Positions 1-14,129 are shown, counted from the first letter of the stretch. The stretch is 64,000 bases of DNA from Eledone cirrhosa (GCA_964016885.1 OZ024741.1:143344001-143408000); one strand, 5' to 3'. Notes: a model not told the origin generated them from the letters alone. A program made the numbers and translations.

Positions 1-681
1 GTAGAGGGGTTTACCTTTAGCTAGGTACTTCTCCTGTAGTTGTCGTACAATGAAAAGAGCGTCTGTGGTACTTTTGCCTGACACAAACCCGAACTGCATT
101 TCATCTAGGTCAATTCTCTATCTGATTAGTTGTGCTATTACTTTTTCCGTGACCTTCATGACCTGGTCGATTAATTTAATGCCTCTATAGTTACTCCTAT
201 CTAGGGCGACTCCTTTACCCTTATAACAGTTAACGATGATGCTGCTATGCCAGTCCTTCAGAACAACCCCATTCTGTACGACTTGGTTAACTATGTGGGT
301 GACCATGGTGTGTCCCACCGTGCCAGATGCCTTCAGCATCTCAGCAACTATTTCCGAAGGCCCAGCCGCCTTACCCGTCTTCATATCCTTGATTGCCTTA
401 CTTATTATACTCCCCTCGACTAACACTGCTGGTCCCTCTATTGGGTCGATATGGGGGAGACTGTCTTTCTCCCATTTATTCTCCTCATTTAGTAGCCTTT
501 CATATTGACACTTCCAAGCTACCTTCTTATCAGCGTCGGTGATGGCAAGTGTGCCATCGTCGTTTAGTACACACTTCTCCCCGACAATATCACGGTTTTC
601 CTTGACGCATTGCCTAGCAATCCTGAACACCTCACGTTTTTGGTCATCGCGTTGTAGAACATGCTTGAACTTTCTTTCTTT
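1..681 (-). mobile_element. RTE-clade LINE fragment (EN-RT linker and RT N-terminal motifs), running off the left edge
   Basis: [15 protein letters not shown] and YKGKG...NYRGIKL motifs; in-frame stop at 118-120; closely similar to 1568-2330. Confidence 0.9.
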
Positions 682-682
682 A

Positions 683-751
<69 letters not shown>

Positions 752-752
752 G

Positions 753-789
<37 letters not shown>

Positions 790-818
790 GTATATATATA
801 TATGTGTGTATATATATG

Positions 819-911
<93 letters not shown>

Positions 912-916
912 GTGCG

Positions 917-968
<52 letters not shown>
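682..968. repeat. (TA)n microsatellite with TG interruptions
   Basis: Direct reading; source of the YIYI ORFs. Confidence 0.97.
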
Positions 969-969
<1 letters not shown>

Positions 970-3650
970 GTCATCATCATCATCATCACCGTTCTACGTC
1001 CGTTCTTCCACACTAGCATGGGTTAGACGGGTTGTCCTGTTGTGGGCAGTGTCTGGTCGGCTGACCATGCCTTGCTCATACAGGAACTGATGATTTCTAC
1101 AGCTGGATGCCCTTCCCAACACCAACCTCACCTACAGCGAGTGCTGGGTGCTTTTTCGTGGCGCCTCCATGTCCACTTTACAGTGTGGGCTGGGTGCCCC
1201 CCTGCCGTGGCACCTCCACGACTACCTTTCAGTGGGAGGGTGTGGGGGCATATTGTCTATATGCTTCAGCTGGTACCCATGGGAGGTCGAGTACTCTGTA
1301 TTACTGCGTGACGCCAGAGGTCACGGTCGTGTGTCATTGCCTTTGAGAGGTGTAATTGGGTAAGGTCGGCTTTCATCACCTCATCCCAAGTCTTCTTGGG
1401 TCTCCCCACTCCGCGGTTATTGCCTGCAGGACTATGATGAACAGGAGAGGGCTAAGAACAGAGCCCTTGTGGACACCAACCTATACGCTAAATTCCTCGC
1501 TATACTCATTGCTAATCCTAACTTTGCTGACTGCTCCCCTATACATGGCTTGTACAGCTTTCACAAGCTATTCATCTACTCCTAGTTTTCTAAGAGCCCA
1601 CCAGATTACAGCACGTGGAACTCTGTCAAAGGCTTTCTCGAGATCGACGAATGCCAGGTAGAGTGGCTTACTTTTAGCTAGGTACTTTTCCTGTAACTGC
1701 CTCACAAGGAAGAGGGCATCAGTGGTGCCTCTTTCTGCTACAAACCTAAATTGCATCTCATCTAGTTTCACCCGGTCCCTAATCAACTGTGCTATAACTC
1801 TTTCTGTTACTTTCATGACCTGGTCCATCAGCTTTATACCTCTATAGTTTCCTCTATCTAGTGCATCACCTTTACCTTTGTAGCAGTTGACATTGATGTT
1901 ACTGCACCAATCTTTTGGTATGGCACCTTCTAGTATTACCTGGTTAACAATACGTGTGGTTATAGTGTGACCTACAGACCCTGATGCCTTCAGCATCTCG
2001 GCAGCTATACCCGATGGACCGGTTGCCTTCCCCATCTTCATATCTTTGATTGCCTTACTTACTACGCTGCTGCTGACTTATACTGCTGGCCCCTCTATAG
2101 GGTCTACTTGAGGTAGGGTCTCTTCTTCCCATGCATTCTCCTCATTTAGTAATCTATCATAATGGCTCTTCCATGCATCTTTCTTCTCAGCACTTGTGAG
2201 GGCAAGCTCACCTTTATCATTCCGGATACACTTCTCTCCAATGACATCACAATTCTCTCTGACACACTGCCTCGCAATCTTGAACACCTCCTGTTTCTGG
2301 TCCTCACGTTGCAAAACATGCTTGAATTTTCTATCCTCTGCTTCCCTCCTAGCTAAGTATACTTGTCGCCTAGCTTCCCTCTTGGTCTCTATGTAATGTA
2401 CCATGCTCCCCCCGTTCTTCCATTCTTTCCATGCGTGTCTCTTGGCTTTAACTGCCTCATCTACCTTATTGTTCCACCACCAAGTCACTCTTCTCCTGCT
2501 TGTGGTCTTACTCCAGCCACAGACCTCATCCGTCGCCTCTAGTAAGTTATTTTTTAGGAACTCCTAGTGCTCTACTACATTGAATGTCTCTATCTGTTCT
2601 TCTCTACTGTCGTAGGTGTTGAGTAAAATATCTTTAAATCTGTTACTGGCTGAGGGGTCTTTGAGCTTCCAGATCTTTCTTCTCCAGGTTGGCCTCTGTT
2701 TCCAGGTTCGTCTAGTTCTGACTGTGAGGTCGCTGACAACTAAGCTATGTTGGGAGGTACATTCCTCACTAGGGAAGGCTTTTGTGTTAACGACCGTCCA
2801 TCTGTCACGTCCTCTGATAAGGATAAAATCTATCTGACTAGAATGCTCCCCTGATCTATAGGTGATCAGGTGGTTGTCGGGTTTTTTGAAGTTTGTGTTA
2901 CATATCGACATGTCATTGGCGTCGCAGAATTCTAGAAGTCTGAATCCTTCTTCATTTCTTGTGCCAACCCCGTGGCCTCCATGGACTCTATTGAAGCCAT
3001 CACAGTGTTTACCTACGTGTCCGTTAAAATCTCCTGCGGTGATTAGGAAGTCATTGTCGTTTGTTAGAGCAGTAGTGTGCATTAGGGACTCGTAAAATCT
3101 AACCTTAAGTTCGTCTGGCAACCCCGATTGGGGTGCGTAAGCTGATATTATTGTGGTAATTGTTTTATTCAGGACTAGTCTGAGTTTGATGATTCTTGCA
3201 TTTACCCTGTACATTGAGATTACTTTATCAACCCACTTGTCAGCTAGTAGTATACCTACACCACTCATCCCATCGTCATTTCCCACCCAGAAAAATTTGT
3301 AGCACTGACTTTTTCCTACAAGGACTCTAGCAGACTCTCCTCTCCATCTAGTCTCTTGCACACAGCATACATCAATTTCCTTTTGCTCTAGCATTTCTAT
3401 GATTTCTCCTGCTCTTCCTTTCATTGTGCTTACATTGATGGTATCAACTTGGAGTTTTGGGCATTTGTCGACACTCGTAGGGAAAGGTCGATTTTTGCAG
3501 GGGTGTGTGTGTGCTTCCTCTCTCTGGATTGGGGCTTCACATGGGTGCTTGGTAGCTCGCGGATTCATATTCATTTCATCTATTAATTCAGAGTTGCTCC
3601 AATTTATTCTCAGCTCATCCATACATAACGGTAGGAAAATTCAGGGCTAG
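969..3650 (-). mobile_element. Decayed RTE LINE (family A): APE endonuclease, RT with internal deletion, 3' UTR and (GAT)n tail
   Basis: EN motifs (DVCCVQETRW, SAYAPQ, GDFNGHVG, QIDFIL) in ORF 2564..3622; RT FVDLEKAFDRV in ORF 1568..2041; jump from LQAIT to GRPKKTWDEV near 1410; (CAT)n at 971-988; stops and frameshifts. 5' boundary approximate. Confidence 0.92.
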
Positions 3651-4242
3651 AAGAACAGTGGTGATGGTAATAATGGCAGGGTGTGTTGGGCTGGGACGAG
3701 GGAGGAGAGAGTTAGGTAGTAGTAGTAGAAGAAATGGCATGCTGAGGTTTGATTGGTCGAATAGGCTATGGTCGTGGGAGGGAAATTGTGAGGTAGGCAG
3801 CCAGTCATGTCATCAAAATAACCGATAGAAGTGAATGCAGCATGGCAAGATAACCGATAGAAATGAATAGATGTATATATATATATGCTAGCAGAGAAAG
3901 CAGATGTTAGATGATGATGATAGATCTGTGTGTGTACACATACTATATAGTTTGTTGAAGGTGTTTGTAAGTCATTAAAGTTGTCTGCTTAGACAGCCAT
4001 TCAACTTTGACATACAAATAAATACTTAAAGTAGACAATGGGGTGGTTGTAGTAGTGTAGTAGTATACAGATAGAGTGAACAGGTGGTGGTACTGGTGGT
4101 GGTATACTGATAGAGTGGAGAGGGTGGTTATGCTATACAGTGTTTTCCAATGGCTCTCATTGTGCCCATCATGGAGATGTGTTCTTTCCCATCCCTCAGC
4201 AAAGATACCTAAATAAATGTGTGTATGTATATGTGCATATAT

Positions 4243-5970
4243 GTCATCATCATCATCGTTTAGCAGCCATTCTTCCATGTTAGCATGTGTTAGACAAGTT
4301 GTGAGACAAGTCAGATCAGATAACCATGTCTTGCTCATACAGAACTGTTTCTGGCTTGGTTTCTACAGCTGGATGCCCTTCCTAACGCAAACCACATTTA
4401 CAGCATGTAGTGGGTGCTTTTTATCATGGTGCTAAAAGGACCAACTGACAGGTTGGACTGGGTACTTTTTCATCATCTAACCAACACGACCACCTTATAG
4501 GGTGGATTGGGTGCTTATTGTCATGTCACCAATTTGGTCACTTTAGAAAAAACTAACCAGATATCCATCAAATCAACATTTATTTTCTACATATGACTCG
4601 ATTAGATCAAATAAAAATACAATTAATTTACAATTAACATTAAAAATTAATATAAAAAACAATTGCATTATCGATGTCCATATGTCCATAGCAATGCAGT
4701 CTCCTACATGATTCTTCTTATACCCAGTTTCTCACTCACTTCATCCATGCATTGTTATCACACGTTAACATTACACATCCATCAAAGTATGCTTGCCTCT
4801 TTTCTCTCCGGGCTTCATCACATTTACAGTGTGGACTTGGAGCCTTTTTACCGTGTCACCTACACGACCATTTACAGTGTGGACTGGGTGCTTTGTCGTG
4901 TCAACTACATGACCACTTTACAGTGGACAGAAGTGGAAGGATGGAGAAGGGAGTGGGCTGGGGGTGTATATTGGGTTAAGCGGTGCCTACTGACTGTAGG
5001 TTTAAGTTTGTATGTAAGGGAAGGCGAGTTTTCTGTATAACTGCATAGCGCCAAAAATCTCAATCCAGTGACATTGTCTTAGAGAGGTGTAAGCGAGCAA
5101 GGTCAGTTTTTATCACCTTGTCCCAGGTTTTTCTTGGTCTACTCACTCCGTAGTTTCCATCAATTTTGATCGCTCTGCACTTTTTTATACAGCTGTTGTC
5201 CTTCATATGCATCACATGTCCATACCAACGCAATCTCCTCTCCTGCACACAACATTTAATACCTCTTATGCTTAGTCTCTCTCTCAATTCTTTTATGCCT
5301 TGCTGTTCGCATGCATTACTATTACACATCTATCGGAGCATGCAAGCTATGTTTCTTTCTAATCTACTCAAATCTTCTGCACACAACGCCCAGGTCACAC
5401 ATCCATGTAATATTGCTGTTCATATACTTTCATTTTTAAAGAAAAACCCTTTGTGGCCAACAGCGGTATTAGCTCTCTGAACTTTTTTCATCCCGTTCTA
5501 ACTCTGGATACTGTACTTTCAGAATACCCTCCTCCACTGCTGATTTTATCACCCAGGTAACAGAAAGTGTCTACTATTTCTATAGAACCATCTGGGAAGT
5601 TGAAGGAGATAGTATCCTGTGGGCCCTTGCTACTTACTGCACCTGAGCATTGGCCACATATAAAATCTACTTTCTTAGATAGCTTACCTGTGATCCCACT
5701 ACATTTTTATGTACCCATAGTTTGCATTTAGGACATAGAATGGAATTTCTACCTATTCCCTTCTTACACACAGAGCATGGCCATTTCCCAGAAGGCACCT
5801 GTGCCCTAATCTCTTTTCTACATACTAGAACTTTAGTCTTAGACAAGATAACTTTAAGGCCTTTTGATTCTAGGCCATGCTTTCATGTATGAAATTTCTT
5901 CTCTAGTTCAGCCATAGATTCAGCTATGAGAGTTAGATCATCTGCATATAAAAGTTCCCATGGGCAGCCA
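4243..5970 (-). mobile_element. 5'-truncated RTE LINE (family A) with a nested older fragment at about 4550-4815
   Basis: WELLYADDL at about 5940-5960; ERRLRWYGHV...SRPRKTWDKV in ORF 5060..5329; (CAT)n tail near 4243. Confidence 0.88.
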
Positions 5971-6129
5971 GAATTCTACTGGGATGGAAACATGTGCCTT
6001 CCTAAACAATGGCAGACGGTAATTGCAAATGATGCTGATTATTCTGAATTTTAAATTTTTCTAATGTTCAAAAACAGCAAAGTCAATAAAAATGTGAAAA
6101 ACAGCAATAAGATTCTGTCCAACCTAATA
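5971..6129 (+). mobile_element. Mariner transposon 3' remnant (transposase C-terminus and right TIR)
   Basis: Translates EFYWDGNMCLPKQWQTVIANDADYSEF*, fitting the mariner FY..GI..LP.RW..V...G.Y pattern; ends in ccaacctaata, a typical mariner TIR end plus TA. Confidence 0.75.
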
Positions 6130-6784
6130 CGTCACCAACTTTGTGAAATTCTATCTGATGATGTGTTGGACTTATTATTATGCAGCTATCATCCAATGCT
6201 TCTGAAATCTACATAATGGTAGTTACTTAATAAATTGAAGTTGAACTGTGACTTCATATTTCTTAACATACCAATACTCTTTTGGGTACCTGTTTACATC
6301 ATCTCAGATCTTAGATAAGTACAAGTGATGTGGAGTGCTTAAGCCTAGATTGTTGATTGCAGTGATAAAATATCACATTTACAATCAATTAACATTGATA
6401 TTTAAGACAACTATATATACATAAATACGCCTGTGTATGTGTGCATCAGCTGTGACCTATTTAAATAAATGAAACAGCAACAATCATTGTTATCAAGAAG
6501 AAAGCAATGTTCTACAAGTGAAGTTTCTGTATATTGTAAAATACTCTGAAGAGAACGTACACTTGCATATCATTGAAAGGTTACTGAAAGGATTGGCATC
6601 AGGAAAGGCATTTGGTTGTAAAACACTGCCTCAATAAATCCCGTCCTATCCAGGCCAGCATGGAAAAGCTGACTTGAAAAAATAAAGATGAAGATGATGA
6701 TAAAGTATGATTTTTTTTCTGTACTGTTCAGCATACAGGCTTTTACTTCCCCAAACTGTAGCTATGTATCCAGTGCCTTTACTG

Positions 6785-7095
6785 GAAACTACTCTGTTGT
6801 AAGCATTTGAACCACATTTCCAGTTTGAGAATACCTTCCAGTAATCTCAGAGGCCATGAAAAGGCACTGTTCTTTCCTCCTTAAACAGTAAGAAAAAAAT
6901 TCAAGAACACTTCATCTCTAAGTAGTACTATTGTAGATTAACTCTTAACATCCTGTACCATATTAAAAAACTTTAGCAAAACATTCTTTTAAAGTACAAA
7001 ACAGCACTATGGCTACATTATATTTTAAAAGTTAAGGTCTTTAGTCTACAGCAAATATTCATGACAATATATCCATTAGTAAAGGTACTATGAAC
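6785..7095. repeat. Unclassified interspersed repeat, copy 1 (copy 2 at about 8085-8410; related piece near 21590-21730)
   Basis: Shared blocks such as tcagaggccatgaaaag, aagtagtact.ttg.agattaactct.aacatcctgtacca and tagtaaag.tactat. Confidence 0.65.
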
Positions 7096-8903
7096 ATTTC
7101 TACTCAACTTCCCTCTTTCATGACTAGTACTGTATAATGCCAGTTTGGTACTTCAATCTCCTCCACCAGAACCACACACACTGCAATCCACGTCTATTCT
7201 GCCATTTCCAAACAATAGCACATGCCAATTAATTCTTTTAAAATTTTACTTTTTTTCTTCTTTATCTTGACAAAGCATGTGCTATTGCACAGGCATAGTT
7301 TGAAAATGGTAGAATAGATGATCATCTATTTTCCACGATGAGGCCAAACTAGTCAAGTGACTAGGTCCTCCCGGTACACTTTGTTTTGGCTTGGTTTTTA
7401 TGGCTAGATGCCCATCCTAAGGCGAATCACTTTACAGTGCAGTGGACTAGGTGCTTTTCATTGTGGCACCATCACAACCTTACAGGGCAGACTGGGTGCT
7501 TTTTGTTGTAGCACTAACACTTCCATCTTACAGATTGGACTGTGTGCTTTTTTTCATGGCACCAGAACTACTTCATTACAGCACTCATCGTTATATTAAA
7601 ACTTTCCATCATAATTTTATTTAAGAAATGTTTGTTAAGTAATGTTTCTAACATAAACTTACTGATGAAAAGATTAGTTATCTCATTAAATTCTTCAAAT
7701 TTTCATACACATAGACAGTATATTTCATTAGAAATATGATAACAAAAGGGTTAAACTAGAGTATGTACAGATAAACTAATGCAGAGATTCAACTCATGAT
7801 CAGTAGCTATATTTAACATATAACCAACAATTCTATTAACTATACTATTATCCCTCACTATGGTCAACTTTGTCTTTCACCCTTTTGAGGTTGATAAAAT
7901 AAAGTCAGTCCAAGTGGTGGGTTAGTAGAATTATTAGAATGTCAGATAAAATGCCTTGCAATATTTGTTCCGGTTGTTTACATTCTGAGTTCAAATCCTA
8001 CTGTGGCCCATTTGGATGATAGACTTAACCCATTGCAAATTTTAACACCAACACATGGACCTTGACTGCCTTTTTTTGGAGACTACTCTGTAGCAAGCCT
8101 TTGGGTCATGTTTCCAGTTTGAGGATAACTTCCTCCTTTCTTTTCACCAATTTCAGAGGCCATGAAAAGTGCAATAGGCACTAATTTTGCCTCCTTAAAC
8201 AGTATATTAAAAAAAAAGAAACAAGAATACTCCATCTTTAAGTAGTACTGTTGCAGATTAACTCTAAACATCCTGTACCACATTAAACTGCATTAACAAG
8301 ACATTCTTGAAAAGTCTAAAACAGCACAATGGCTGCATGACATTTTCAAAATTAAAATTAACTTGCCAATTTTCACAATGATCTGTCCACTAGTAAAGAT
8401 ACTATAGACATTGGAATTAACAAAACTGTTTTTAGATATTTTCAGCTAATTCATTACAGTAAAGCCCACTAGTAAAGATACTTTAACACTTGAATTAATA
8501 AAACTGTTATTAGATATTACTTCTACCTCTTCTGTCACTCACCATCACCACTAACACCACCACCACCACTAATACTACGACTACCACAACCAGCAGCCTC
8601 ACTACTATTACCACTTCCACCCTAAAACCATCATTACTACTACTACTACTACAGTTTTTGCTTTTATTCATTTGTTGTTACTCAACTACAACATCAACTC
8701 GTTTGTAGTTGTTTGCCTGACCATGAGCATTTGTTTGTTTTATCATACAAGCTACACACTATACAATGGCCATGAGTGAGTGCATGTTTGTTTTACAAGA
8801 TGTAGGCTATTCAATGAAAGAAAAGCAAAGAAAACAATACAAGCAAAACAACATAAAAAAACACAACAAAAACGATTGTAGTCAAACCACTTCCATTGCT
8901 TAC

Positions 8904-8961
8904 CTGTTATTGTTTGGTTATACACAAGTTTGTTATTGAACATAAAGCGGAGAGCAAATTC
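8904..8961 (-). CDS. Coding exon 3 (58 nt, EFALRFMFNNKLVYNQTIT), continuing the DUF4773-like domain
   Basis: Poly-T tract plus GCAG| acceptor; phase 0 matches exon 2; donor CAG|GTAAG at 8903. Residues fit my recollection of the DUF4773 segment preceding the NPP-x-x-C motif. Confidence 0.8.
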
Positions 8962-9727
8962 CTGCAAAAAAAAAAAAAAAAAAAAAATTGAAGTCAATAT
9001 CAAGGTTGGTGTACAGTGAAGATGATTAAGAAAGTAAAAGTGGAATTAAAAAAAAAACATTAAAAACTATCAAATAAAAAAAAAAGCTTTATGATATGAC
9101 AATGGTCTTGTCCGCAGGGCACAGCCCCTCTACTGCTACGCCCTAGGCCCAGAGCTCAATCATCCTCCCCCTTCCCTCCTCCCCATTCTTCCGTGACACT
9201 AGAGTCCTTGCCATTCCCTCCCTTTCCATTTTTTTCTTTTTCGCATTTTTTTTATATTTTCCTATTTCACATTCCATTTTCTCAATCTAAATCTTTTTTT
9301 TTTTTCTTTTAAACTGTATTTACATGATATATTCCATAAATAAAATTCTATATAATTTTTATGACAGAAAGACTTAGTATTGGTTTTCATGACATTGGAT
9401 ACCATGGATACTAACCTGACCAAAAACATTATCTAATGAATAGTTTTGGGGTGGTTAGATTTAATCCAGCATCATTCAGTTTAACACCAAGTCCACAAAG
9501 CAGCACATATATGGAACAGGCCTATGGTTTGGGTATACCTTCCTACCTCCCCACCAGTTTCAAAGGATGGTAAAGAAAAAAATAATAAGGAAAAAACCTG
9601 CCTCAGACCACCAGTGATTTTATTTTAAAATACAAAACTGTCAAATACATATCCGCCGGAAAAAATATTTATCCTGTATTCTCACACATCTATCTATCTA
9701 TCTATGTCAAGGATAAAGGATAAAGAC

Positions 9728-10010
9728 CCCATAACTCCTTGTGGAGACGTAAAAGCACCGTCATATGGCATGTCTAGGGCACTTTTAAACCTGGCGGAGC
9801 CCAACCATCTCCAGGTCTGAACACAGTCGATTTTTTCTATAGAGGAAGAATCGACCCCAGTACTGGATTGGTACTTTTTCTATCGACCTTGAAACAATGA
9901 AAGGCAAACTTGACCCTGGCTGGATTTGAACTCAGAGCACACAATGAGGTGGGACTAATACTGTAAAGCATTCTATCCGACATTTTAACAACTCTGCCAA
10001 TTTGCCGCCT
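9728..10010 (-). mobile_element. tRNA-derived SINE with Meta-like central domain (long-tail subfamily)
   Basis: Reverse complement carries a ggcaaattggcagagttg head, B-box GAGTTCAAATCC and gtcaagtttgcctttcat..tcgat core; same family as 53330 and 62929. Confidence 0.8.
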
Positions 10011-10253
10011 ATCTATGTATAAAATCTGCAGTGTAAAGACTGAAGAGACCACAACTCAGAGTAATACTCAATGCACAGGAAGAAGCAGAGTGAGTATAAA
10101 GGAAGATAAAATCCCAACCGTGACACCCTTGAAAATACATCAAGTATTAATTTCATGAATGGTCTTTCCAGGCTTAGTAACATAGACACTCCAACCCATA
10201 CCACCATGGAAAAATGGACATTAAATGATAATGATGATGATATATATATATTA

Positions 10254-10292
<39 letters not shown>

Positions 10293-10418
10293 GTTATTCC
10301 GGGTTGAATTGGAGGTAACCACAGTAAGTAAGGTACTCAATACATTGCAGAGTATAAAAGTTTTAATATAGATGAGATTCTACAGGACTAGAACTGTTTC
10401 ATTCTTTAGAAATCATCA

Positions 10419-10465
10419 GTTCCTGATGATTTCTAAAGAATGAAACAGTTCTAGTCCTGTAGAAT
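10419..10465 (+). ncRNA. Candidate type I hammerhead ribozyme (Penelope-like element type) within a perfect inverted repeat
   Basis: GTTC / CTGATGA / tttctaaagaat / GAAA-CAG ttctagtc CTG-T-A / GAAT: both core boxes present, stem III ACAG:CTGT, GUA cleavage triplet, short stem I GTTC:GAAT. Confidence 0.6.
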
Positions 10466-10469
10466 CTCA

Positions 10470-10540
<71 letters not shown>

Positions 10541-12399
10541 TATATAGATATAGATATAGATATATATAGATAATAATAATCTATGTATATATATATATAT
10601 ATATATATACATACATAGATAATAATAGAGGAATAACCAAGATGAAATAATTAAGAAACTTTATTTATCTTACATGTTTCTACAAGGTAAAACACAAATG
10701 ATAAAATACAAATGATAAGACCTTACTCAAGCTACATTATTAATATATAGTAATCAGAAACTTCATAAAATATACAAAAGAAGTAATGTCAGTAAAAGCA
10801 CATCTTTCTATCACAACAATGACATGATATCTGAAAAATAACATACCTCAACAATAGCTATTGTAAACAAACTTAAGTTTTAAATAACATATTTGCCTAA
10901 ATGAACGCAGAAGATTGAGAGAAGGGTTTCCTAGGTTCATCATTTTCCTTAATAACAAGGGTTGGATGGTTCACACAGACCAAGTCAGTACTTAGTCAGA
11001 GTCATTGACCTCTCAGATGGGCCAGGAGTACATCTCACTTAAATATTTTCCCATATTCTACAGAGTATATTGGGTATGTTTTATTATAACACCAGCTATA
11101 ATTGGTAAGTTTTCTATGACAATGCCCTTCCTATCATTAACCACTTTTCAGAATGTACTGGGTATGTTTATTGAACTATGTATTTACTGAATTCAGTATC
11201 TAAGTTCTAATAGCAATAGAATAGTTTTGTGAATATAAATTACAAATACATTTTCATCTTTTATCTTGTCCTTTTATGTCTCATTTCCATGCTGGCATGG
11301 GCTGAACAAGTTTTTGTGCGTCATGATTATACAGATCAGAGAACCATATCTCACTTGTATGTTCCATTTTGGTATATTTTCTACAACTGGATGCCCTTCC
11401 CAATGTCAACCCCTTTATATTGTGAGCTTGATATATTTTATCACAGCATCAGTACTAGAGAGGTTATTATGTCTTCAGTCAGACTAAACCATCCTCTCAA
11501 CTCTATATTGTTTCTGTTCAATTGTAAATAACTCTATAGAGTGTACTAGATACATTTTATCATGGCACCAGCACTAGGAAGGTTGTCATGTCTTTAACAC
11601 AACTGATGAGTTCTCTTGATTCTATGTCTTGCAGGTTTTCTACCATATATTTAGGACAATGGAAGCTAGACTGAACGTCTACAATGAACAACTGATACAT
11701 TTCCCTCTTCCATATCATTAATTTCCCATTACAGACAACACACATCCTCCCTTCCATAATTCAGGCCAAGGTCATGAAATCACCGGTTTAATTCCAACAG
11801 GAATTAAAGATACTGCAATCAATATTTTCTAGTGGTACTTGTTTGACAAGCGGCTTGATCTGAGATTTCATGTTGTTGAAACTGGAACACTTACATAGTG
11901 ATTGGAGTTATAGTGATGGGAGTTATTTCAAACACACAAACACTTTTAGGTTCACTTTCATTATAATTTTGTATTAGTACTTTTCATACCAAACCACATG
12001 AAACTGCCCCTTGCTCAACATTACAAAACTTAATTTTAAAGTGTTTATATTTATTCAAAAGCCCTCCATTATACGTTCATGTATTTGCTCAAAATAAGAT
12101 TAGAAAGAAGATGAGGCAAGAGAAGAAGAACAAATAGTCATTGAGGAGGGCACAGAATGTGTGATGAAAGAACTTTGATGAACGAACTAATAACTAATAA
12201 TAATAAAGCTGAAGTGGAAGTCAAATAGTGCATGTGTTTTTATTGGCAATATTAGCCACATAACTTTCCATTATAGTATAATGTAAAAACTTTTGTTAAA
12301 TTATGTTCCAAATATCTTGTAGATCAAGCTGGACTTGCCAATTTTGTGGGTTTTCTTGGCTTTATGGGTTGCAGATAACTAGATGGTTATGAGTTAGAC

Positions 12400-13375
12400 A
12401 GCTCAGCCCCTCTTAACATGAATATCTAGCACAGAATTGAAAAGATCAGAGACAACAAAATCAATTACTGATCTGTCGCCAATTTCCCTTACACCATGTA
12501 TTCATGGATGTGTTTTTGCTGGAAGAAGGATTTTATAATAGAGAGCCCATTAGAACAGAAGTCTATTTAGATTGATATCACCGTTTCTTCCAATCACTTC
12601 TTTCCGTGTCAGGTGGTCAGTGCCAACATGTGCATTGAAGTCTCCAATTGGGTTATATGACTCAGTCTTAACTACATTTAACACTGCAGTGACTTCATCA
12701 TGGAAGGATACCTCTATAATTGGAGCAATCTCTTGTCTTCCTTTTTGAAAATTGGGATTATCCTTCCCAATTGCCATTACTTAGGTGTCTTTCTAGAGGT
12801 CCAGACCACCCAGCACACACGAGTCAGCTAGAGAATACCTTCTCTATGTAAGGCTTTCAACTTCTCAGGCTGAATTTCATCCTCCCAAGAGGCTTTGCCA
12901 CATTTGAACTCTTTAATTGCTCTTGTGATCTCAGCCTCAGAGAGGTTAGTCATCACTCCTAGATGTACCTCATGTACATCAGATGCTGTTGTGACTGAGT
13001 TTAGGAAATCAACAAAGTATTCTCTCTACTTTGCAATGGTGCACCTCTCTGAAAAGAGAACCACAGACGAGTTCCTGATTGCAGCCATGGAGGGGGACTT
13101 CTTCTTATGAAGTCTGTGGCTGGTCTGCCAGAATACTTTATTTGCTGATCTAAAATTGGATTCTAGCTTAACCCCAAAGTCCTTCCATGTCTTAACTTTA
13201 GATACCTTTACTGTCTCTACTGTGACTTTTTGTGCTTTCTTGTACTGCATATGCAAGAGGCTTATTCCAGGCGAAGCTTTGTAAGCCTCCTTCTTTGCCT
13301 GGATGGCATCTTTGATGAATTGATTGAACCAAGGTGTCTTGTGCCACACCAAGCCACTTTCTCCCTCATTGTTTA
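12400..13375 (-). mobile_element. Degenerate RTE-type LINE fragment (endonuclease and linker), distinct family
   Basis: GDFNAHVGTD...VIGRNGD in ORF 12550..12777; TPWFNQ...W.DFG..LE...ANKVFWQ in ORF 13026..13352. Confidence 0.75.
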
Positions 13376-14129
13376 ACAGCTGAAGTAGAGTGCAGGGATG
13401 TAAGTGATATGAGGTCCCGGTCCATCTGTGAGATCAGTGGCTCCATTTAAGTACTAACTTGGTCTGTAATAACCCGTCCAGCCCTTCCTTAGCAGGGAAA
13501 AATGAACTTTAAATGAATGATGATGATAAATCAAAATCAAATTCAAGTAAATTTACATGTATATGATTATACAATACTTGATTAATTTCTTAATTCAAAA
13601 ATATTAAGAGTAAATTTATATTTGGTGGTCCATAACATTTTTTTGTGAATTTTGTGGACCACTTTCTGATTATTGGTATACACTATAAAGTGTTAAAAAT
13701 ATTTAATCACATAGCTACATATTTGCCCCTGATTCACATTCTCAATGGAATTGGGTCAGTTACCAGTTAATAGATATATGAGTACATTTTGTTGACATTT
13801 GAATAGTATAGAACACTAAAACAAAAGTGACTGTGTTTTAAATAGCTACCATAACTCTTATTATATTGTAGTTGTTGATAACAAGTGTTACAGTATAGTG
13901 TTTACATGAAATTACTAGGCTACCTGCCACTATGTGCTGTGAGTACTTTGAAATAGGTAAAAGCTAAGGGAGGAGCAGAAAATTTAAAGATGAGCTTCAA
14001 AGTCAGTGCGATTGAGTACTTGTTGTTTAGTCCCAGGTCAAACTTCATTGAGCAGACATACAATCAAAGATGTTCCATTCCATCGCTCATTCAGACACAG
14101 TGTATCTAGAATTCTTTTTTGTTCACTTA

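Noticed and set aside
539-1090. YIYI-repeat ORFs (also near 23.2 and 29.6 kb)
   Set aside because: Translations of (TA)n microsatellites.
6130-8900. Fourth exon of the host gene
   Set aside because: The candidate acceptor I tested (near 6545) gives a stop in phase 1, and I saw no NPP/Cys continuation. The exon probably lies outside the window.
10655-10740. Minus-strand GAAACATGTA resembling a PLE hammerhead stem III
   Set aside because: No CTGANGA box at a plausible position; at most a decayed remnant.
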